Source of the DNA: Orbicella franksi | Taxonomy: Eukaryota | NCBI GenBank assembly: GCA_964199315.1 | Contig: OZ116708.1 | Span: forward strand, 6,138,001-6,202,000 | Reading direction: 5' to 3' | DNA length: 64,000 bases | Part shown: positions 1 through 12,000 of the stretch, piece by piece | How positions within the stretch are numbered: position 1 is the first letter of the stretch | Layout: each line of letters begins with the position of its first letter | The notes under the pieces: model-generated | The model's database searches: none | Seen by the model: the letters and a program-made list of their open reading frames with translations, nothing else | What the model was told of the DNA's origin: nothing | Position numbers and translations under genes: made by a program

Positions 1-1133
1 TGTTACATCCGGTCAGCAGTCGTGCTTCCTCGGACTTCCGGCCTACGTGTTCTGTTATTCACCATTCTTGGCTTATCGACTATCGCAATATCTGACTCAA
101 TTTTAGCCAAAGACGTTACTTTGGATTGTTCAAAGGCATGCATTTGCTTTGTACATTGATCTCGACACATTTACTTTACTTCTTGGTTGGATAATATTGA
201 TGAATTTAGGTGCTCGACGGCAGAAATCGCAAGTATTATGACCATGTTTTGACCTTTAATTTCAACTATTCTTCGTCAAGTGTATGCGGGCTTCTTGTAT
301 CATCATCTCTGGTCTGAAACACGAGGCAAACTGGATATTCGATGGGAGTAACCGTTAGATTAGAGTCAGCGCTAGATTTGGTCAAGAAAATGGAGCGAGC
401 GAAGGAGAGACACTGGAGAGAACCACGCGACCAAAGCATCCTGAAGAAATTCCCAAACCTTCAAGGTAGGTTTTGTATCGATTTATATTTCATCAAATTC
501 GTTGGCCAAAACCCTACTAACTAAATGTAGGTAACAGACAAGATGATAAAAGATACTTTTGAAACTGATTTTCTCTCTCTAAAGGCTGTTGGAGCCAAAT
601 GCTAGAGCCCTCAAAATGACCAATTTTGCAATTTTTTTCCAATTTGCCCCAGGTGTCTTCAGCACCCGTGGCCAGAATATAGTTTTCTCCAAATTGATTT
701 TATGATATTTAGAAATGTCAATATCTGTTTCATCTCTGCTGCTAATTTGGTTTATGTGGAAAGAGTACTTTCGGAGAAATTACGAATATGGTTGTGCTTG
801 TTTTCCCTGCTTGTCTAAATGGCTGGCAGGGAACATAGTAAGACGAGCATTATTTTTCATCTTGATTGTAAAACCCTAAATACTTTAACGGCAAGTTTTA
901 TAAACTGGGAGAGTGGCTATACCATCTGTATGAATTTCATTTGAATTGGTTCATATGCACCCGAGAACCAGACTCGTTTACTTTTACTTTTTGAGAGCGG
1001 AACTTTTGTTCAAAACATGGTCCTGAGGCCGACGTCATCTAGTGCGGTTACCATGGCAACGATACATCTGCCGATCCAAATATGGTTGATTTTGTTTATC
1101 CCCCAAGGTTACCCACTTCTACACAAAAATTGG

Positions 1134-1329
1134 TAAAGGTAAAGGTAAAGGTAAAGTCTGCGTACGAGCCAAGTGGCCCATCAGGCCGGAGCTTATCCCG
1201 GTTTCTGTAGCATGAAGCGACTAGGAGTATCTTGTCAAAGAACACAACACAATGTCCCCGGCCAGGGCTCGAACCCGGACCGCTCGATCCGGAGACGAGC
1301 GCACTAACCATGAGGCCACCGCGCCTCCC
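1134..1329 (-). mobile_element. tRNA-derived SINE with 13-bp TSD
   Basis: A-box GGTGGCCTCATGG, B-box GGTTCGAGCCC, (TTTACC)n tail; TSD ACACAAAAATTGG at 1,121-1,133 and 1,330-1,342. Confidence 0.9.
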
Positions 1330-1389
1330 ACACAAAAATTGGAGGGGGGTTAAAATTTTTCATTTCCAACTTTGCTTCACTTTCCTGGA

Positions 1390-1705
1390 GGATTGTTCTT
1401 AAAAACTCATTAGTACCAGGATTTGACTCAAACTTGAGAAGATCTAGGTTGAAGTCACCTAGTATGAGACAATATTTGTTCTCTCTATGAATCTTTTCAA
1501 CCACCGTATTTAAGTAAATCATGAAATTGTCTAAGTCGCCATAGGCATGTTTATATATAATTCCACAAATAGTATTATTATCTATATCATTTTGGATTTC
1601 AATCCATAGGGATTCATATCCATCTTCAACCGAAGAGAGATCTTGACCATAGCTATATTTTACCTTATTCCTAAGAAAAAACTCCCACTCCTCCAGCTTT
1701 GTAAA
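1390..1705 (-). pseudogene. non-LTR retrotransposon (L2/CR1-like) APE endonuclease fragment
   Basis: AGGVGVF / ESLWIEI / ICGIIYKH / LILGDFNLDLL motifs with a frameshift. Confidence 0.8.
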
Positions 1706-4317
1706 GTTATTTTTTTGCGCGTGAGTGCTTTGTGTGCTGTTACATGTGTTTTTTTCTCATTTTCTCTTCTAATCTGACCCAAATAAACAATTGCTTTAAT
1801 AACTAAGAATGGTTGCATTTTTTCGGGCAGTTATGTATTTGTCTTTATTTTAGATGTACTTTTGTACAATTTAAAATTTTAGGTATAAATTCACATAAAG
1901 TTGTTGTTTTTGTTGTTGTTGTTGTTGCTGCTGTCGGAAACACTGTGGTGTAAGCTCCAAGTGTGCATATAGCTAGCTCCACCATTTATTTTGTACTTTT
2001 TGGACCCAGAGCTCTCTCGTTCAGGAATCGAGAGCAGGAACAACCTTTACTACAAATGTCGAACATCAGTTAGAATTTGCTGCATCGCCCTACCCCGTCA
2101 ACAGCTTACCTATGGATTCCCCTGAAATTTTCTTCTCGTTGAACAGTACCCCCTAAAACGGCTTTCCCGTAAATCCCTTTGCCTTTATTATTCAATGGCT
2201 TCATGTCTCTGTTACCGCAGCCAATTGCCCCTTATTTCTCTTTGCATCCGTCTCAGGGTTTCTGCATGCGTTTAGTCGCTGCTAAAGCATGCATTCCTAA
2301 TTCCTTTCCCCATACATTCCTGCATGCGCTCCCTATGCGTTCGGTTACCTTTCTCGTGCCCCAAGGGTTTCTCGATTGGTTGTCTCCTACAGATACCTTC
2401 CCCGGGAAGCTTGGGCTTCCTTCTTGTTGTCCTTTTTCTTTCCCTTGCATTAGAATAAATTTCTCGTTCTTTTCCCTATGTATTTCCCGTTCTTACCCGT
2501 ATATCCGATACGAAGTAACTCTGAGTTCCCTTTTCCGTTTATCCCCTGCTTTCTTCACAAGCTGTCCGTAAGGATAGTGCTAACACATCAGCTTCTGGGT
2601 AACGGAAAACTTTGCCTTGAAAGTGTGGGCGGTGACGAAGCGAAGGTAGAGTGGATTTTGGCCCGCTAAAACAGAGCTCGAGTTCGATGCAAGTTCCAGC
2701 GAACTGCCAAAAGTGGCGGAAGAACCGAGAGAACCTGGTACCTAACATGAAGACCGCTGATTCCTGCTTGTGGGAGATCGGGCACTCACAAGGCTGCTAT
2801 GTTCTTACGAAGGGACTGGGATAACACGGCAAAGAAAGCACAAAACGGTAGAAATCACCAAAAAACACAAAGAACATACAAAGGCAGACTTAGTTGTATT
2901 AATCTTACTTGTAGAATGTTCATATTTCGGAGTATTTAACGCTCTAAATCGATGATATTTCGTTCATTCTCAACGTTTCCTTGGCTAACCTAACACCGCG
3001 TCAGTTCAAACTCAGTTACCAGGGCTCCTTGCGCCTTGGACTTACACAACGCGTGACGCTTTTATGGACCTTCATGAATAAATACGTACATGTCCGAGAA
3101 TTAATTTTCCGCTTTTCGCGAGACGTGAGCTTAGGACGCCTGCATATGCAGTAACAATTCTTGTTTTGTCGTCGTTCTGGGTGCGCGGAAACTTTTCAAG
3201 AAGACAGCTTAGTGCAATGTTGATCAATGGAACGATTTAGTTCTGTGCACACCTTCTAACGCAACTTCAATTTAAAGTATTCTATTGCACACACTTGGAC
3301 TTTAGAGAACTTTAAATGTTTCAACGTAAAAGGCACCTTAACGGGGGCTTCACGGTAGGTTTACGGAGCTTGGCGGTGTTACACTTTAACTTTACGCGTC
3401 TTTAAATAGCTTATTTATATGGCTTCGGTTACCAGAGACAACCCTCCCACCCCTCTCCCTCCCCACCCCAAGTTACCCTGACCGAGGTAACTTTGCAAAA
3501 TTCAACCAACCGTTTACAAAAGGATCGCGAACCGTTGGGGGGCGAAACAACTCGGATGGACGAGTCTCGCCTCGGCAGGTAGGGTAACCCTAGCAGCGGA
3601 ACAGCTTTTCTTGGTATAAAAAACTTTGGCTAGCCTAACCGAGAAAATTCTCGGCGTCGCGAGTGTCACGAGATGTCTAGATTTGGGATTTTTAAAAGCA
3701 GAAATTCGCATCAAAGAAGTGAAAATTAACTGCGCAAAAGCCACTTTGATCGAAAGATCGAGGAAAACTCAAAGAAAGAGGGATATTTGCACATTTGATT
3801 ATTAAATAAGGGCCAATTATGAATAATCATGTAGGGTCAACTTTGACTTGGACTATAGGGACAACTTTTTTACATATAAACGCTCGAAATAGTTGCCTTA
3901 GAGAGAGAGCTGAACTGTCTTGGGTACCTCAGACCATATAACTGGGGCCTAATACTGCCGTAAAGCGCTCTTCAAGTTTGCCGGCAACTTTACGCTTATC
4001 GTTAAGTTGAGTAAATATGCCATTTCGTGCTGTGAAAGTCCCATTTTGTCGATAATTTGGAATTTACATTATTTGAACAGTCTCCGTTGGTTGAACCGTT
4101 ACACGAGAGTTCTATTAAATAACTCCACTTTTCCATTACATGGTTTTTGCACGGTTTAAGCAGGCCTTCTCTTAAATTTAGATTTTTTTTTTCTAAGAGT
4201 CTTCATTTTACATTAACATGGTCTTTACAGATTTTCGAAAAGCCCCCATTGTCTTATTTAAATTGTTTTCACAGCCTTTGCAAGGTCCTCCTTTTTAATT
4301 TATTATATGGCTGTGTC

Positions 4318-4800
4318 TCACAAAGACTGGGAACTACCGAATTCAAGAATTTGATTGGCTGAAATCGATATTGAAAGCGGTCTAGATTGTCCCATCTAGA
4401 CCGACATCTAGACCGGTAATGTTCTGCGGTGAAAAAGTTGCAAACTCTAATGCAAAAATGTTGACTATTTTCTGCTAACAATATTTATTTATGGCAATGC
4501 CAAAAAGTGTGATAAGAAAAGAAAAGAAAAGTAAAGAGGACGAGCAGACTTCGGCAGAATTAAGTTCAGCTCATCGCCGTTCGCCAGCAAAATGTCGGCT
4601 AGTACAAACCAGTTACACTAAACGTATTAAATTTCTCTTACTCGCCATATAATAAACATCTTATCAACCGAGCTTAGTCGGTCTGTATGGGAGAATCTTG
4701 ACCTCGGTCGTGTGTACAGATCTCACTGCGTTCGGTCTGTACTCACGACCTCGGTCAAGATTCTCCCACACAGACCTCCTGCTCAGTTAATAAGAGCTAA
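4318..4800. repeat. dispersed repeat with a long terminal hairpin (4,680-4,776)
   Basis: ggtctgtatgggagaatcttgacc...ggtcaagattctcccacacagacc inverted arms. Confidence 0.6.
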
Positions 4801-5177
4801 TTACAAGTTTTTAACAGGCTATTTACAGCGGTACTTCAGAATTACCGGTACTTCAGAATTACTTACGATACCTTCTGAGTTGTTTTTATTCCAAAATCTA
4901 TCTTTAGGATCTTTGAAATCGGCACCAATTTCTTTAAGTAACACACTTTAGTTTCCATTTGGCTCCGTATCGGTTATTTTAGCGAGTTTTGAACAACAGG
5001 TATTCGTCAATTTGTCTTTCGTATAATATGTTTACATTGCAAAATACGAATGTTACTCCAGTTGAGAAATAACCTCACTAGTTTTGGTACGTTTTTGGTA
5101 AATTTTTAGCCGATTTTAAATCTGTAAAACGCTGTTAAGTCACCGGGAAACAGCGCTATGTAAGTGTCTTGTCATTA

Positions 5178-5182
5178 TTAGT

Positions 5183-5214
<32 letters not shown>

Positions 5215-5238
5215 TATCACCATTATCATTATTATTAA
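5178..5238 (+). repeat. (ATC/ATT)n microsatellite
   Basis: Seen directly. Confidence 0.9.
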
Positions 5239-7569
5239 TAGTTCACCCGAAGCCAAATCAATACCGTTTCCTTTCTGAGGAAACGAAACAAAGCTATGCT
5301 ATGATTTTAAAGTGGCTTCGTCGCGGTATTTCAGAAGGTTTTTTTTTTTTTCATTCATTAAAAGCATTTTTACTTCGCTTAAAATAGATCAAATTGATTA
5401 TCTTTAAAAATTATAATCATGAAAGGGCCCTTGAAACACACTGAAATTAATTTTTATTTAAAAAAAAATATTGGATCTTTGTTTGTTAAAATTCTCTAGA
5501 ATAAACAAAAACAAAAATCGGGGTTATTTGTCCAGACTTTTTCTTATATAAAGTGTTGTTTCCGCTATTTGTTTCTAAATTTAAGCCGTATTGCGGTCCT
5601 CTCTCCTCTGCCTCTGGGTCGGCGTCCGGAAAAAAATGAGAACAATGGACATAAAACAAACTAAAGCAACAGCAACAACAACAACAACAACAACAATAGA
5701 GACAAAGACGAAAAAGACCCAGACCCAAGGCCAAAACCAGCCGAAATTTATTTATTCTCAAAATCTATTTCCACTAAGCCTCAAAATTCTTAACAATAAA
5801 AGATAACAGATACCCTAAACATATCTCTGAAAGAAAAGCATAAATGAATAAGCTAGTAAAGGTATAATTCTGCTAACCTTAGGCTCCATACCAGCTGTAC
5901 CACTAATCACGGCAACGTTTGTCTGTACTATTAACTAACAGAATGGTCTGCCCTCGCAATACAGATGAAGACGACAGTTGAATTCATTCTTTCTGTGGAA
6001 TTAAGCAAGCTCATCTTTTAGGGCAACAAGTTCTAAAATCGGGGCAGCAATTAGCATTAATGCCCCTTGCACAACAACCAAATGATCTATGTCTGGGGTC
6101 CACCAAGTATCACCTATTATTGGGTGGGCAGAATCTGTCATTTTTGCATTGCAACTTTAACTAGAGTAAGTTCAGGTTGCCAATTAAAGCTCAATTTAAC
6201 ATATACCTGCATTGTAATGGATCTTACACTTGACAAATTCCAAGATCTTTTAACATGATCTGTCTATAACACAAGTAAAAATTAACGCCAATTTTTCCTC
6301 TCTAAAATCTCGCGTGACCTATTTTAACCAACTTTTTAGCGAAAATGACGATGATATATAATGGAACGGTGAACCTGCGTAGCTGGTACTTTTGTGTGCA
6401 CTTTGAAACGTCATTAGACGAAGCCGTGAATACAAGCCGTCAAATAGCGAGAGACTTAATACGGGATGATGTGAGAAACTAAGTGAAACAGATGTAACCA
6501 AAAAATATATCGAGATATTTTTATTAAGATAATGTGAAGTGATTTTGATTTAATGGTGCATACTGGCATACATTTGGTTGTGACTCTAAGAGCGGGACTG
6601 AGATCGTCATCTCTTTGGTTTCCTGAGCATAGGAGAAGGTCACTTAAATGCATAACAGAGTGTAAATGCATAACAGAACGTAACGCTCCATCTACACATT
6701 CAAGAAAACGTATGAACATTATTAATCACAATCAACTGACATTTCCCGTCCAAACTGGGGCATTGATAATGTGGCCTGCTACTATGAGACTGTGTTAAAA
6801 ACTAGAATAAAAGCTTGGGAGATTTCAGTTGACACAGGAAAAATGGAACACTAACAGGAAAAATATCGTAAAAACTAACAAAATACGGTCAATCGAACAA
6901 TTTTCTTAGGGTAAAAAACGAACGATCAAGAGTTAGTGTGTTCGACTCGCGGAGCGCATTACCGGTAGTACGCAGGCTCAAAAGGGTAAAACCAAAAAAC
7001 ATTTACCAAAACACCAATCAGCCTCCAAAAACACAAATCAATTAACCAAAACACAAAATAATCTCAAAGACCAAAACAATTTCTCAAAACACAAAGAAAT
7101 TTCTTAAAACGCAAACCAATTTCAATTGCATGAGTTTATTTTAAGGTGAATCCTTAGTATTGCACTGCGTATCCTATACTGCGCATAAAAATCACGTAAT
7201 CAGGCGAATAAGCTCGTGGGCATTCCGAGAACATGGTATTAACTTTCAATCAAGGGACCAGGTAAAGAGGCCCGCTGCTCTTTAGCCCTGAATTCCCTGG
7301 TCCACTCATCCCAGGCCTTCTCCAAATGCTATCCTTAGCGATAGTACTAAAAAGTGAACTACTCTAGAGCTAACGAGTGGAGCTGAGAGCATGCGCAGAG
7401 TGTTAGGAAAGAGCGGGTGGGCTCTTCTAGTTTCTCCGTTCATCCCCGGTGGGTTCCCCAACGATAATTGTACATCTGCTACACCGTGTGTTCTTTGGAC
7501 GGATTCCGTGCTGGCACACGTGGAACACGTTGGACAGGTATGCGTATTTCCTAACGCACAACAAATATA

Positions 7570-7732
7570 CAGTGGCGGATCCAGATCTTGAACTAAGAGA
7601 AGGGAAGAGGGGGAGGCTGGCGGGGCGTTTTTGTTTTTTGCTTTCCCTGCCAGCTTTTCCTCCTTCTGCAATTGTTTATTTTTTACCTAAAATAAAGACG
7701 GGGGGGGGGGGCCTCCCCTACATCCGCCACTG
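7570..7732. mobile_element. MITE with CAGTGGCGGAT termini
   Basis: TIR cagtggcggat / atccgccactg with a G-run; related ends at ~13,647 and ~14,684; no TSD found. Confidence 0.65.
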
Positions 7733-7940
7733 GAGAGTGCAAAGATAAACGTGCGAAGAAATGCAAGAGCTCTTGCTGCAACTTCAATGAATTTCATTAA
7801 TGACTGATTCACTTAAATATCAAAATCAAAATCAAACTATTAGGTTTGGAGCCGACCTTTGCCTAAGCTTACAAGAGAGACGGACCAATAAGGCGGGAAA
7901 TCGCAAAAAGGAGGCAGTTTTCAGATTAAACAACGTGCAG

Positions 7941-7946
7941 TTTATT
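7941..7946 (-). promoter_or_regulatory. candidate poly(A) signal AATAAA of the receptor gene
   Basis: TTTATT on the plus strand ~740 nt past the stop; unsupported without transcript data. Confidence 0.25.
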
Positions 7947-8681
7947 GATGTGCAAGGACAAACTATTAAGTACTACTTTACATCCTCAACATTATATAGA
8001 TCTAAGCTTCTTCTGATTTTTGAAATTTTCATTGCATTGATGACATGTAAGATGATTATATACCATTACATTACTAACAATACTGCAATGGATGTTGGTT
8101 CTGTGATCTCACATATCGGGGCACCGAAATTGCATGTATTAAATTCTACTCCTATCAGTCTTATTTCTTTTGAAATTTTTACAACAAAGTCAATCGTTCG
8201 GTTATGAGAATACGGTAGCTGATGACCAATCCCCTCGAGAAATTACTGATCGATCAACACCTTAAGTTTTAGTATGCACGTTAGAGCGGGCAATACTTTT
8301 CTTCCTGAATGCTTCAAGCGCAACAACCTATTTTCTTTCTCTGAAATAAAACGCTTTACACAGAAACAAATATTAAATCGAAACCTCTACCTTTTAAACC
8401 AAACTAAATCCCATTCACTTAAAGTAAAATACTTCGTGGGTGTTTCCGTCAGCAAAGAACCCACGACGCGAGAAAGGAGGGGAGGAGATGGAGAGGATCA
8501 TTTACCCCCTCTCCATATCGTGGGCGTAAGATATTACATATGCACCCGAGGGTTAATATAAATTTAACCTGCACCACCTATGATAAATTGGAGTATTGCT
8601 TGTAACACAATTTCCAGCAAGTTAACCTAATGTTCTTCTGGTAAGAGTGCAGTACCTAGAAAACCATACTCAAGGTAAAAT

Positions 8682-8970
8682 CTACACTTCTGACTGACTG
8701 TGCTCGCCTGTTAAGTTAAGTCTTCCGTAGACATTATCAGGTCTCCCATGTGCATTACCCAATGATTGATAATGATCCCCAGGATCAAAATAAGGGTTAC
8801 GAAAACCAACATCGGCGTGTGGTACTGGCTGTTGAAATGCATCAATCTCCATATATTCTGGTTCGTTGTATGTTTGCCCATATGCCGGATTGTCGTGTCC
8901 CACATTTCTCTCCGTGCCGTAATTCTGTGTTCTAGCATTGGAGGTCGCTCGTCTCCTAACACTGCAAATG
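8682..8970 (-). CDS. exon e58: terminal exon, cytoplasmic tail
   Basis: Acceptor follows a ~30-T tract; phase 2 matches e57; contains NPAY and NPYF; ends QSEV-stop. Confidence 0.85.
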
Positions 8971-9004
<34 letters not shown>

Positions 9005-12000
9005 CAAGCATTGATCTTTGGCGAGTAAAAACAGGATAAGGATAACTGCTTAAGTAAAAATAAGTCCGCAACATTAAAATTGTATTTTTATCGTAAACTT
9101 CACTTTTGCCCACGCACGAGGAGGCACCTTAGAAGTCCCCGTGTATAGGGAGGAAAATTTCGCCGTAGCAGAAAAAAATCTCGATTTTTGAGAACACGGC
9201 TCGCAAAGAATTGCCGAAAAGTACTCGTAGGATTGCCGAAAGTTTGCTGGGGTTGAATAAACACACCGCGATCAAGTAAATTCTCTTCGAAATGGCGGAG
9301 ATTCTGATATAAAACAAATTGAAAACGATTTCAAAGATCCTGGAGATGGATTTTGGGATAAAAACAACTCAGAAGGTATCGTAAGTAATTCCGAAGCACC
9401 GGTAAATCTCGATATTCGAGGCGAGTGTCACTTCGCTCGTGTTCAGTTGGACCGTAAAGCACTTCCGATGGCCAGTTCTACCTTTGGCATGCCGTTTATT
9501 CAGATCGCTCATTTGTGTTGAGTAATCTTACGTGTCGTAGAGCTCATGTCACGGCTGGCTGACTTGGCAGGAATCCAAAGGTAAATGTAAATGTTTTGCA
9601 GCGTTTTCGCTGAGGACAAAGGACTTGACTCTAATTTGCATTAAAAGATTAGAGCAGTGACAGTACGCGATACTCCTGTTAATAACCTGAGTATCAGGCC
9701 TTTCCTAGCGAGAGGGTAGGGAAAGAGAGAAATTGCAGAGAAAAGCCTTTTCTTTGCCGTGTGCTTCTCCTCCTACCGGTCTCAGGGAAAAATCGTGACA
9801 GAAAGTACCAGATGATTTTCTCAACTGCTGTTCTGCTTTCGAGATAAGTTTGTTCTTATAACAAGAAAAATGGTTTGTTTCATCATCAAATTCAAACAGC
9901 AGAGTGGTTTGACATAATATTTTGTTTCTCTATAATTTTTAACCTGTTTTTCTTTAGTTGTACTGAGTCAAAATTTGTAACAGAAATATTTGTTCCCATG
10001 AAGGAAACCTTTCTTTTTTTTCAGAAAGTACTTTTTGTCTGCTTTCAAACGAAAACTCACGGCTTTCTTGAATGGAATGAGTTAAATAGAAAGTGTTGGT
10101 CTAGTTTACTAAGTTGAATGTTTGGATAATGACCATGATAAGATGCCTAAGTTATAGGAACATTATGAGTGATAAAGTTTACAATAGCCCATTCGGCTTC
10201 GCCTCATGGGTTATTGACCCGTAGCCCGCAAGGGCTACGGGTCTAATTGTTAATTATGCAATAATATTGAATAATCTCACAGAAATCATAATGTAAATTA
10301 GCCATCCGTATATAGAGCGTGGCCATCACATATGTACGCAAATTTATTGGAACAAAAGAAAGAGTTTGCATAAGAAAAGAGTTCTACTTCCACTGAATTG
10401 GTTTGGTGCACTAACATGGCCGCCGCTTCATTGTTTTGGAACACCAACATGGCTGCCGTCACGTCATGTGAAAACGCCCCACTAGAGTATTTAAACATTC
10501 ATGTAAGGGCTAGGACTTTAACAGAAATTCTGTCATAGTTTAACGGGACAATCTCGATAGTCCTTACGTTTGCTAATCTATCACAAGTTTTCATGGACCA
10601 CATTGAAAATGACGCCATAAAGGGTCCGTTAAAGCCATGTACTGAGTAACCATCCAGCTTCCATGTGGTTCCACGTATCTTTTGAACATTCACGCCGGGT
10701 TAGCTGTCGCCAAAAGTAGTCATTAGGGAACTACTTTTCTGTCTTTAATCCGATGGAGCTCAAACTTTCCAACATGATAGACAATTCAAATCAATTTTTT
10801 GTTTCTCGATTTTAATTTATTTTTAATAATAGGGTTTTTAAATTATAACAATGTTTATAGAGGGCCACAAGTTCATTAGTTTTTAACTATTAAGTGTCAC
10901 CCTCGGGTTGTTAATTATCCTATCGTGTACTAAAGAACTTACAGACGGCGTTTCCGCAGACAGAAGATGGCGACAAAAACTACTGCAATAACTAGGCCAG
11001 ATCCCAAAACTATGACTGGGTAAAAAATCTTCGCGGGCATGCCTTGTTCTTCAGTCCCGGACGAGATGGAAATGCCTAGAAAAATGCAAAACACTACTTT
11101 GTCACTAAATTCAAAAGCGGATCGAGGAAATCAAGAAACATGGAGCTACGGTGGACGCGAGGAAAAAGAAGGTGCGGGCATGTGTATGTTACGCCCTAAA
11201 AGTGTAGAAAACTCTACCAGGCTGATTGAAACTGGAAGGCCATAGAGGGTTAATGGAAGAATACATGACAAAACTGAAACACGCTTTTTGGGAAGTTAAC
11301 TTAAATCAAAATAAAAACTAAGTTTCGAACTGTTGCAGGAAAACCGAAGAAGTACATGGAAGCAAACGGACAAATCAAAAACCAACCGACGAAACAGGCA
11401 AACAAACAGAAAAACAACCCGACAAAAGAAACAACCACCAAAAGAAACTGCCAACCAAGCAAATAAACAAGTCAACAACCAAACAATTTCAACTGACCTT
11501 GACAGTCTTTGCTTCCTTTTGATCCCTTTTGTCCAAAAGTAGATGTCCCGGATGGACACGTGACACATTCGTTTTGGGCTTCTTGATCCTGGTAGTGGTC
11601 TTCTGTGCATGCTTGGCAACCAGTAGTGTTGAAGAAGTACCCAAGGGGACAATTGACTAATAAAAACAAAATAATAAAAGTAGAAAGTAAAAATTAGCAA
11701 GTCGAAATGAATTTCACAATCTGATTCAAGCCACAAGTAGATATACAGTTTTGGCCGTTAAAAAATCTATTTTTTTTTCCGTTAAAACATCTAGCATGAT
11801 TTGTTTTGATTTACAAAGTTGGAAACGAAAATTAAACAAATATATCGAGCAAGTCACAAACAAGAACGACGCTGAATAGTGCGAAACATCATAACAAACA
11901 TCTGACAATTTAGCTACTTCTTTTCAGATGACTTTTTTCATTGAAGAGCTGAAAGTGCAAAACAAGGCACATGCGAGCTAAAAAGCCAAAACTATTTTTC

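Noticed and set aside
342-465. Possible first coding exon on the plus strand (MGVTVRL...FPNLQ then GTAGG)
   Set aside because: A donor-like site is present, but I found no downstream exon or homology.
1134-1329. tRNA gene calls for A/B-box sequences (also 56,010-56,178)
   Set aside because: The heads do not complete a cloverleaf and run into SINE bodies; the first also has a TSD and a simple-repeat tail.
2179-2955. Cluster of overlapping short ORFs with strong strand skew
   Set aside because: No recognisable motif in any frame I translated. It is probably a decayed repeat, and I could not classify it.
5169-5806. ORFs with poly-Ser, poly-Cys or poly-Thr
   Set aside because: They arise from (ATC)n and (ACA)n microsatellites, with no domain or splice support.
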